The notes under the pieces are model-generated. The model had not been told where the DNA came from. It ran no database searches and saw only the letters and a list, made by a program, of their open reading frames with translations. From positions 42,875-106,874 of the IMG/VR virus record IMGVR_UViG_3300017991_000064: 64,000 nt of DNA, one strand, 5' to 3'. The stretch is from a virus. Positions 56,963-64,000 of the stretch are shown here, in pieces. The position numbers and the translations under genes were made by a program. Each line of letters starts with the position of its first letter. The stretch's first letter is position 1.

Positions 56963-57036
56963 GTGCCAGGATGATTCTTTGGTACCCCTATTGAATTTGT
57001 TTGTCATCATAGTAGATTCCCTAAGGTTCAAATCTC
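56963..57036 (+). repeat. dispersed ~75 bp intergenic element, copy 5
   Basis: GTGCCAGGATGATTCTTTGGTACCCCTATTGAATTTGTTTGTCATCATAGTAGATTCCCTAAGGTTCAAATCTC; roughly 85% identical to copy 1 by eye. Confidence 0.9.
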
Positions 57037-57041
57037 ACCGG

Positions 57042-58085
57042 TTACTTATTTCTGATCAGTGATTCAGAGAGAGTCCCTGAATTTGACTCATTGGCAAAAC
57101 TCTCCATGGGTTCCTCATCAACAATTATAATATTCTTGCTAATAAGATCCACAACAATCTTACTTACCGAATCGCCGTAGGCTTCCTTGAATTGACTACT
57201 CTGAGAATCCTCCATACCAGCCATCACTAGAGTTGATACTAGGGATTGAGCCTCCTGCTCAATGTCAGAGATGAGGTCAGCTAGTGACTCTGGGATATCA
57301 TCAATGATTGAGAGTTTGGTATCATAACGTAGGAAATCATTCGCTACGTTGAAGAGAGATTTCAAATACCTACCGATTAAACCTAGCGCCTGCTTCTTTA
57401 TTGTCTCTTTGTTATCGTTACCATGTTGAGTACGATATAGTTCCTCGATGTCATCACCAGCATCTTCTGCTAATGATTGCATATCGGGATCGTTCATCAC
57501 TCTCTTGTAGAGAGCGTTGTATTCTTCTTCGATCATGGGGAAGTCAATGGATTCCTGTTCATTCACTCTATTCCAGGATTCACCAACCTGTTTGAAGATT
57601 GTATCCAACTCTTCTGCTTCCTTACCATATTCATCCAGTTTCTCTGTCCAAATATCCATAAACAGCTTATGAACATCCAGATACTTGTTTACCCAGTCCC
57701 AACCTTTCTTAACAAACTCGATGAATTCTTCTGGAGACATTTCATAGAGGTGATCAGATTCGACTGCTTCCCATTTATTCCCGAATTTTACAGCAATACC
57801 AGGGAACATGTTAGGTCCATAGACATTGTTACCCTCGGTACTTGAAAGCCCCTCTTCCCCGGCTATCTCTTTCCAGGCATGAGTATGTAGTTCGTCCTCA
57901 GCCCCGAATGCATAAAGATCCTCATTGGGTGTAACAGCAATGAACCGAATTGTTTTCTCAGAACCACCAGCATCGGTCAATTCCTTACTCGTTGGATTCT
58001 TGAAAATCTCAACATATGATCTGCCAGACATCCCACCTTGGTATCCAGTAAGAAATTCTTCTGTTAGTTTCCTTTTCAGTCTCAT
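57042..58085 (-). CDS. probable internal head protein with one 'EVFKNP' domain
   Basis: LTEE...EIFKNPTSKE...IRFIA...LYAF...LH..AW.EIA.EEG...WDWVNKY, paralogous to the repeats in 54240-56951. Confidence 0.6.
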   Translation of the reverse strand: MRLKRKLTEEFLTGYQGGMSGRSYVEIFKNPTSKELTDAGGSEKTIRFIAVTPNEDLYAFGAEDELHTHAWKEIAGEEGLSSTEGNNVYGPNMFPGIAVKFGNKWEAVESDHLYEMSPEEFIEFVKKGWDWVNKYLDVHKLFMDIWTEKLDEYGKEAEELDTIFKQVGESWNRVNEQESIDFPMIEEEYNALYKRVMNDPDMQSLAEDAGDDIEELYRTQHGNDNKETIKKQALGLIGRYLKSLFNVANDFLRYDTKLSIIDDIPESLADLISDIEQEAQSLVSTLVMAGMEDSQSSQFKEAYGDSVSKIVVDLISKNIIIVDEEPMESFANESNSGTLSESLIRNK

Positions 58086-58102
58086 TGCTTTCTCTTTCTC
58101 CT

Positions 58103-58720
58103 TTATCGTACAGCTTTGTAGATATCTTGTCCTAGAACAGCATCAAGTGCTAATGCTATACCTGATTGTCTGTTTTTATGTAATAGTTCCTGAATCTGTG
58201 ACATGTAAAATTCTTTGTTACCAATTTTGAATTTCAATGTCCAGAATTTATTTCGGGTCATTTGTTCATTGTATCTGTCTAATGATACAGGTTGTGATGA
58301 TGATATCCATGATTTGAATAGATCAACCGTTTCTCTTACTGACCTCTTCAAACCATTAACACCAGTCTTACGTGAGGATATCGCTTTGATACCTGGTTTC
58401 CGTAGGAACCTCCCATCCGGTTTATTAAGCAGTTGAGCTCTTTCAATTGTACCAGAGAAGACAAAGTGAGTGTCTATGTAACTATAGATTGCTTCATAGA
58501 TAGCTCTATCTCTTTCCTGAAACTGATTAAATTCAATGAACTGGATGAATCTCTGGGGAAGTCTTCTGTCTCGGTTAACAGCTTTTTCCACCTCTTTGTC
58601 AAACCCCATTTGCTCATATTGTTTTCGTTTTCGTTTGTCAAAGCGTTTCAGAACCTCATCCCATTTATATCTTTTTGTTCCGTTTATCACCGTGAGCATA
58701 TTTACGTTCTTCCTCTCCAA
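58103..58720 (-). CDS. basic hypothetical protein
   Basis: About 200 aa ORF in the operon; the true start is probably ATG 58699. Confidence 0.5.
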   Translation of the reverse strand: MERKNVNMLTVINGTKRYKWDEVLKRFDKRKRKQYEQMGFDKEVEKAVNRDRRLPQRFIQFIEFNQFQERDRAIYEAIYSYIDTHFVFSGTIERAQLLNKPDGRFLRKPGIKAISSRKTGVNGLKRSVRETVDLFKSWISSSQPVSLDRYNEQMTRNKFWTLKFKIGNKEFYMSQIQELLHKNRQSGIALALDAVLGQDIYKAVR

Positions 58721-59088
58721 ACTTTCTCTCTAAAGACGTTATCTATCGCACCCTCAATGAATCGGGGTGTATCTTCAATCTGTTTCTTCGCAGCATCAAT
58801 GATAGCTTTATAAAGTTTTGGAAATAGCTCATCATCCTCTGAAATACCCCAACGTTGTTGAATAGCTTCAGAAAGTATTTTTTCTAGATACCCTTCGCCC
58901 CTCTCATCCTTTACTATGAGATCATCAATAGCTAAAGCTACGAAGTGAGCAATGTTCTTAGCATCATCCATTGTCACCTTCAGTGGCCCAACGTAACCAC
59001 GTTCTGAATCAAAATCAGAATCGGGAACTGAGACCCCCTCCTGAATTCTCCTTTTTCGAGCTTTCAGCCTTTCAATGTAACTGTTCAT
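58702..59088 (-). CDS. probable internal head protein with an MNSYI leader
   Basis: MNSYIERLKARKRRIQE/G leader shared with 59612-59941; acidic body. Confidence 0.5.
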   Translation of the reverse strand: MNSYIERLKARKRRIQEGVSVPDSDFDSERGYVGPLKVTMDDAKNIAHFVALAIDDLIVKDERGEGYLEKILSEAIQQRWGISEDDELFPKLYKAIIDAAKKQIEDTPRFIEGAIDNVFREKVWRGRT

Positions 59089-59612
59089 GGCTTAATCTCC
59101 TTCTTCTTTACTAACACCTTGGATAATGCTAATAGATGTTTACACATCCCCGGAACATTTCCTGGATTCTTTTGTTTTGCCGGTGTTTTGTTCCATTTGC
59201 TGGGTTTACCTTCAAATGCTTCCATTAACCAGTTTACGAATGCCCAATAGAAAGTGTAAGCTGGACAGGTACATCTAACTCTACAGTATGTCTTCGAGAG
59301 GGAAGGTGTTTCCTCATCTGGGTCAATATTGTAGAACCTGATTGTCATATGGTAAACTGATGGAAACCTTTTTAATGCTGCCTTGGAGCGTTTATGGAGG
59401 AAGAGTGATTTGACATGAGCAGTGAATGCTATGCTTTTCACTCCCCTCCATATTTGTCGTTTATCAAGTTTGATAACGCCGCGTTCGTAAGGTTTACTTC
59501 TCTTCGGTGTTTTAGCCAATACCTTAATTGTTGATACGGCAAGATCCGCTAGGGAGAAGATGGCCTTTTTCTTATGACCAACCTTTAGTTTAGGTTTGGG
59601 TTTGGTTGGCAT
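59085..59612 (-). CDS. SWIM-type zinc-finger protein (paralogue 2)
   Basis: CTCPAYTFYW...KNP...PGMCKHL. Confidence 0.7.
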   Translation of the reverse strand: MPTKPKPKLKVGHKKKAIFSLADLAVSTIKVLAKTPKRSKPYERGVIKLDKRQIWRGVKSIAFTAHVKSLFLHKRSKAALKRFPSVYHMTIRFYNIDPDEETPSLSKTYCRVRCTCPAYTFYWAFVNWLMEAFEGKPSKWNKTPAKQKNPGNVPGMCKHLLALSKVLVKKKEIKP

Positions 59613-59941
59613 TACTTTTTCAACATGACCTTTCTAGCTTCTACCCTAATGATACCCGATAGCTTTTGGGAAATTGATTCGATGGCTTTGTCTATGGCCT
59701 CATCTATCTGACTCTGAACCACATCTACTATAGCCATTTCTTGTTCATCATCGGGTTCAAAACCCATCTCCTCTATGGCATCTTGAATTCCTTCGATTAG
59801 TGCCATTTCTTCCTCGTCATACTTTGTTGACTTATTGTACAGGTACTCTTTGATAAGTTCAGTGAATTGTTCAGTACTCACCTTCCCCTCATTGACCTTC
59901 CTTCGTTTCCGCTCATTCAATCGTTTTATGTAACTATTCAT
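59612..59941 (-). CDS. probable internal head protein with an MNSYI leader
   Basis: MNSYIKRLNERKRRKVNE/G leader; acidic helical body. Confidence 0.5.
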   Translation of the reverse strand: MNSYIKRLNERKRRKVNEGKVSTEQFTELIKEYLYNKSTKYDEEEMALIEGIQDAIEEMGFEPDDEQEMAIVDVVQSQIDEAIDKAIESISQKLSGIIRVEARKVMLKK

Positions 59942-59955
59942 TGTTGCTCCTTCTC

Positions 59956-60138
59956 CTACGGTTGAATATTACGAGTTCTACGAACCATCGCCTGGGCATA
60001 TCCTACAGTTGTTGGAAAAGGATTTCCCCAGGCCTGGTAATCCTGATACTCGGCTAAAACTGATGCCTGCAATGCTGTGAGATCTGCTTCTTCAACAATG
60101 ATGTAGGCATCGTCTGGTGTTGTTCCTATTACTGCCAT
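59956..60138 (-). CDS. DUF1737-like small protein
   Basis: YIIV....L..L..SV....YQ.WG.P......YAQAMV pattern; GGGGAG SD. Confidence 0.55.
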   Translation of the reverse strand: MAVIGTTPDDAYIIVEEADLTALQASVLAEYQDYQAWGNPFPTTVGYAQAMVRRTRNIQP

Positions 60139-60152
60139 TGGTTATCTCCCCC

Positions 60153-61412
60153 TTAGGTAAATATCTTCCTTGCAGCTTCCACAACCTTTCTGGTATCTAT
60201 CAGGATGCTAGCAGCAAAGGCATCAAGGAGATCATCCATAGCGTTATCGAACTCGTCACTATCAGGTTCAATATCTGGCCCAAGCTTTTCAACAATGGTC
60301 CCGATCATATCGAATACGCTATCATCATCGATTTTATTTGCACAGACATAGACGAAGGCAGGTTTAAGTACCTTTACTGCTCGGTCGTAGAGAAGTTTGG
60401 CTCCCTGATCAGAGTATGCAGCCTCATCGAGCATATCATCTTCTTCATCATCCTGCTCAGTGAGATCATCCTTCTCCTCATTGTCATGTTCAGGTTCTGG
60501 GATGTCTGGAAGTTCCTGGTTACCGTCTTCATCTTCAACGCTAGGCGGAACATCTGACTCTTCAGCCTCTTCGTCTTTCTTTGTCTGCTCCTCATCCTGT
60601 TCCTGAACCTTCTTGAACATTTCGTCCATTGTGGCTACTGCATCTGCTTCGTCATCAGTGTAGTAGGACTTATCGTCATTCACAACACCGTTCTCAATCC
60701 AGTCAACCACCCATTCGTTGAAGTTTTCATCCTGACGAACCTTTAGAGTTATATTACCCTTTGAAGCCTGTCTACCATTGGTCTGCTCTTTCATACCAGA
60801 GCCATCAGCCTTACCTTTACCAGGACCTGCTCCGGCGCCATGTGGGCCTGAACCATCTGGCGTATGACCCCCGGGACCCTTCTTATCTACCTTCTCCTTC
60901 TTCTTTTTCTTAGGAGCCTCGGCCTCCTCTTCCTCATCAGCCTGCTCTTTTACCTTCTTGCCCTTACGCTTCTTGGATTCCTTCGTTCCCACGGGAACAT
61001 CCTTGTCAGATTCTTTATCCAGGTTCTGTTCGGGTCCGCCTTGTTCTGGTGATTTCTGTGGAGGAACATCTTTCTTGTTCTGCTGATCTGTGTTCTGTTC
61101 AGGACCACCGCTATTCGGGTTGGCATTAGCCGCTGGCATGTCCTTGTTGTTTTCCTGATCAACGTTTTCCTGCTCGTTCAGTACCTTCTTCTTCTTTCTC
61201 CTCTTCATTTCCATACGTTCAGCGAACCTTCTCCTTCTTTCGGCTTTGGGATCGGATTCGCTTTTATTGCGACGATTCCTTCTCTCCTCAAGCCTCCTCT
61301 CCCGACGATTCTTCTTCTGCTCATCAATGCGCTGTTTCCGCCTGGAGGAATAGGTTCCGAGTTCACCCCGGTTTTCCCTTACGAGATTAAGAGTGTTCTT
61401 GAGATCTGGCAT
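60153..61412 (-). CDS. low-complexity charged scaffold/internal head protein
   Basis: R/K/E blocks, three (E/Q)NxD...KD(M/V)P repeats, a Gly-rich segment and many (L/V)xEQ sites. Confidence 0.55.
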   Translation of the reverse strand: MPDLKNTLNLVRENRGELGTYSSRRKQRIDEQKKNRRERRLEERRNRRNKSESDPKAERRRRFAERMEMKRRKKKKVLNEQENVDQENNKDMPAANANPNSGGPEQNTDQQNKKDVPPQKSPEQGGPEQNLDKESDKDVPVGTKESKKRKGKKVKEQADEEEEAEAPKKKKKEKVDKKGPGGHTPDGSGPHGAGAGPGKGKADGSGMKEQTNGRQASKGNITLKVRQDENFNEWVVDWIENGVVNDDKSYYTDDEADAVATMDEMFKKVQEQDEEQTKKDEEAEESDVPPSVEDEDGNQELPDIPEPEHDNEEKDDLTEQDDEEDDMLDEAAYSDQGAKLLYDRAVKVLKPAFVYVCANKIDDDSVFDMIGTIVEKLGPDIEPDSDEFDNAMDDLLDAFAASILIDTRKVVEAARKIFT

Positions 61413-61448
61413 TTCTTTGTTCTCCTTCTGTTTATTATTGATCTAATG

Positions 61449-61856
61449 TTATCTATCAAAGATACTTGTATCGAAGTCTGAGATAAAGTCTACTAGGTTT
61501 CTCTCCAGGGCCACAAGGAACTTGTCCATGAGAACATCTGGTTCCTCTGAATCCATAAAGATAGTTGGAAAGGCATCTAAGAGTACTTCCTGGAGATCCT
61601 CGATGAACTCACCTGATAACTGACTAATTATTAATTTAGCAAATTCCTGTCCCTGGGTCTGACCTGTACTAGATGCCTCATCTAGATCAGCCACATCAAC
61701 AGGTTCTGCATCACCAACGTCCATTGTGAGATCAACAGTATCCTGATCGTATTCTTCCTTGACTTTCTTACAGGCTTTCTCTTTTAGGAAGCGATCATTA
61801 TCTTTCCTGGCCTGTTTCTGCTGGGATCTTATTGCTTCATTTAGTAGACCTGACAT
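61449..61856 (-). CDS. acidic probable internal head protein
   Basis: LLNEA, VKEE and LDEA sites; acidic helical C-terminus. Confidence 0.45.
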   Translation of the reverse strand: MSGLLNEAIRSQQKQARKDNDRFLKEKACKKVKEEYDQDTVDLTMDVGDAEPVDVADLDEASSTGQTQGQEFAKLIISQLSGEFIEDLQEVLLDAFPTIFMDSEEPDVLMDKFLVALERNLVDFISDFDTSIFDR

Positions 61857-61865
61857 ATTTTCCCC

Positions 61866-62360
61866 CTACATTACGTAGTCGAACTCATCCTTCATCACAT
61901 CCTTGATGTTGTCCCAGAGTTCTGCCGCTTTATTGACACGTTCTTCCTTCTGTTTCTTATCTTCCTTCTCTTGTTTCTCAACTTCCTTTGCCACAGCATC
62001 GAAAGCCTTCTTCAGTTTTCCATTCTCGTAGGCTTCCGGATGAGAATTGAAGAACCAGTGTAATGGTCCCTGGCTATCAAAACCCCAGTTGAAGAGATTA
62101 TAGTCAGCCATCCAATTCACTGACTTAGCTAACTGATTAGCTGTGGCCAGATTCAATTTCTGTTCCTTGAGGTACCTTCTAGCTTCTGTGATATGCTCCT
62201 TCTTCTCATTGAGCATCTCTCTACGTTCAGTACGTCTCTGTTCCCTAAGAAGCTTTTTGGTTTCTCTTTCTTCTCTTTCAGTTCTGTACTGCTTCTTCTT
62301 TTCCTTCTCAGATTGTTTGGTCTCCCTCTGATGATTCATTGTTTCATTCAGTAGGATCAT
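61866..62360 (-). CDS. charged probable internal head protein
   Basis: LLNET, LREQ, LNEK, ITEA and LKEQ sites in a charged N-terminal half. Confidence 0.45.
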   Translation of the reverse strand: MILLNETMNHQRETKQSEKEKKKQYRTEREERETKKLLREQRRTERREMLNEKKEHITEARRYLKEQKLNLATANQLAKSVNWMADYNLFNWGFDSQGPLHWFFNSHPEAYENGKLKKAFDAVAKEVEKQEKEDKKQKEERVNKAAELWDNIKDVMKDEFDYVM

Positions 62361-62376
62361 TGCTTTACTCCTTCTG

Positions 62377-62814
62377 TTAGGGTGCTGGACATGGATCTGC
62401 TACTCTCCACGGTATCATTTTGTAGAGATCATAGATTTCCATATGGGATGTTACCTTACCTATCGGATCGGCAACCATATAATCATATTCTCTATCGACC
62501 TCATCCTTACCCTCAATAAAGATTCGTACCTTATCCCCGGGCTGGATGTTATCAGAGTTTTTGAAGTAGGCCATTATGGGAAGATCATCCTCATCATAAA
62601 GTATTCCACTAAAGAGTCTGGGTAGATCACTAAATTTGAAGTAGCAAACGATCTCCTCATGGGTATCACTATAAACTCTTTGTTCCTGACTATAACTATT
62701 GAAAGTTTGGGATTGAACCCTCCATAGATATGCAGGATTACCAACGAGATCAACTACAATATCGTAGATGTTTCGTAGTGCCCTACCTAAGGCTACAGGA
62801 AATACTTTGCTCAT
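62377..62814 (-). CDS. head closure / neck protein (gp14 / SPP1 gp16-like)
   Basis: 145 aa beta-rich protein with a G.PA.L...Y...IQPGD.V pattern, located in the head module. Confidence 0.5.
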   Translation of the reverse strand: MSKVFPVALGRALRNIYDIVVDLVGNPAYLWRVQSQTFNSYSQEQRVYSDTHEEIVCYFKFSDLPRLFSGILYDEDDLPIMAYFKNSDNIQPGDKVRIFIEGKDEVDREYDYMVADPIGKVTSHMEIYDLYKMIPWRVADPCPAP

Positions 62815-62837
62815 GAATTAACCCCTATGACCTGGAA

Positions 62838-63998
62838 TCAGTCCTCGTGTTCTATGGAAACGATTTCCTCCTCGTCACCAACTGGTTCAATCTCAACCTC
62901 TGTTTCTTCCACGATATTAGAAGTATTTAGAGTTTTAGCTAACTCCCTACAGACCATTATTGCAAACTCTTCAATCTTTCCAAATGTATCAGAAAATGCC
63001 ACCCTGTCAAAATTCTCATCCCTCTCTTCCAACTCGTCTTCCACCGCTTCAGCTACAAACTCTACGAAGTCGTTCTGGTCCGAGAGATAATCACTCATCT
63101 TCGCCTTGATCAGCTCTATGATTTCTGGTGTTAATGAGTTCCCCACTTGGGCAGAAAGGTTCTCAGTAACCTTTCGTTCCTTCAAGGTATGCTTCAGAAG
63201 AGTAAGACCTTTGAGACGTTCAGTGAGTTGAACCATCCTTCGTGTTGTTTGTTTACCAGGATTCAGATTGATCATCTCTGTTACATTCTGGATCGCTGTT
63301 TCAACATCAGATAAGGACCTGTGCTCAACCTTGATTCCAGCACCCTTCTTATACTTCCTCTTGTCCTTCTTCATCTCCTCTTCCATCTTCTGGAGATGAT
63401 CGTAGTAGTAAGGGTGTTCTGCAAGATGGTCCATTGCTATTTTCTTCGCTTCCTCTCTGTCGTCAGTATGTTCCATTTCTATACTGATACCGATTTGAAG
63501 CTGTCCGGGATCAACATCATGCTCTGTTAGGTTAGCATCAATTGATCTCCCTGCTGTCCAGATATCCTCAACCATTCTTTTCTTTGTTGAGATCAGGTAG
63601 GCTAACCTATTCTCAAGCTGTTTCTTCCTACGTGCGGGAACATGCTTGTTTGAATTGGCCCTATGAAGGTTTTCAGTTACACCCTTGATTGCCTCATCGA
63701 CTTCATCTGTTGTGTCGAATTCATTGGGTTCAGTTGACTCACCCAGATCCTCTTCCTCGTCTGGGGCAGCATCCTCATCAGCATCGGGTTCGGGTTGTGG
63801 TTCCTTGTCTACCTTTTCCTTCTCTTTCTTCTTTTCAGGTTCCTTCTCTTTCTTCTTTTCAGGTTCCTTCTCCTGTGACTTCGTGGCCTTCTCGGCCTCA
63901 AGTTGATCCACCTTCTGAACCATTGTGGATGCTATGGAGTAGATAATTTCTTCAACCTCTTCGTACTCATACCCTTGACTCGTAGCCCAGGTATGAAC
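62838..63998 (-). CDS. multidomain head-associated protein containing a DUF5661-like domain (5' end outside the window)
   Basis: QL.IGI.IEMEHTDD.EEAKKIAMDHLAE.P.YYD.L..ME. The frame stays open upstream of 63923 to the window edge (VHTWATSQGYEYEEVEEIIYSIAST). Confidence 0.65.
   Translation of the reverse strand, partial: VHTWATSQGYEYEEVEEIIYSIASTMVQKVDQLEAEKATKSQEKEPEKKKEKEPEKKKEKEKVDKEPQPEPDADEDAAPDEEEDLGESTEPNEFDTTDEVDEAIKGVTENLHRANSNKHVPARRKKQLENRLAYLISTKKRMVEDIWTAGRSIDANLTEHDVDPGQLQIGISIEMEHTDDREEAKKIAMDHLAEHPYYYDHLQKMEEEMKKDKRKYKKGAGIKVEHRSLSDVETAIQNVTEMINLNPGKQTTRRMVQLTERLKGLTLLKHTLKERKVTENLSAQVGNSLTPEIIELIKAKMSDYLSDQNDFVEFVAEAVEDELEERDENFDRVAFSDTFGKIEEFAIMVCRELAKTLNTSNIVEETEVEIEPVGDEEEIVSIEHED
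63817..63872. repeat. 24 bp in-frame tandem repeat, 2.3 copies (EPEKKKEK)
   Basis: TCCTTCTCTTTCTTCTTTTCAGGT twice plus a partial third copy. Confidence 0.85.
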
Positions 63999-64000
63999 AG

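Noticed and set aside
5312-57036. Dispersed repeat as a CRISPR array or ordinary sigma70 promoter
   Set aside because: Copies are kilobases apart with no repeat-spacer structure. TTGAAT and TATAGT in copy 1 are only 11 nt apart, and two copies point against local transcription.
244-63946. Numerous short ORFs antisense to or nested in long genes (e.g. 244-522, 5739-6053, 25611-26081, 38367-38816, 49194-49733, 51319-51864)
   Set aside because: They are shadows of well-supported genes on the other strand or frame, with no recognisable motifs.
1-64000. Stop-codon reassignment, tRNA/rRNA genes, introns/inteins, integrase or transposase
   Set aside because: Genes are full length and densely packed under code 11 with TAA, TAG and TGA all used as stops. 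Intergenic gaps show no cloverleaf by eye, terL, MCP and thyX are uninterrupted, and no recombinase motifs were seen.
1-64000. Portal protein and histidine kinase
   Set aside because: No ORF shows recognisable motifs for either. The portal probably lies beyond the right edge, so its absence here is not informative.

Overview
The window is part of a large tailed dsDNA phage genome (Caudoviricetes, contractile-tail myovirus with distant T4-like head and baseplate genes). It uses the standard genetic code and strong GGAGG Shine-Dalgarno sites. Two convergent blocks meet at about 12.05 kb. The + strand block (1-12049) holds the 3' part of a DnaB/gp41-type helicase, Mre11/gp47, a sigma70-family factor, a DUF5662-like HD protein, Rad50/gp46, terminase large subunit, an Sm-like protein, ThyX, WDGH and DUF1599-like proteins and a DenV-type glycosylase. 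The - strand block (64000-12046), in transcription order, holds probable internal-head/scaffold proteins, a head-closure gene, prohead protease, major capsid protein, neck, tube, sheath, tail chaperone, tape measure, baseplate, fibre proteins and a lysis region with a GH108 endolysin, holin-like genes, RuvC and a response-regulator receiver. The most notable observations are: (1) two giant fibre/adhesin proteins that both start with Sec-type signal peptides; (2) a ~75 bp intergenic element present at least five times in both orientations; (3) a CCC-UUU-CGA +1 frameshift candidate that joins the tail chaperone to an unannotated, start-less gp51-like ORF; (4) an intact CheY-like receiver, a pseudo-receiver and an anti-SD/terminator leader inside the lysis region; (5) a shared 15-mer upstream of the capsid and tail-tube genes; (6) an expanded 'EVFKNP' domain family and shared N-terminal leaders in probable packaged head proteins. 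All family assignments come from motif recognition by eye; no database searches were run.
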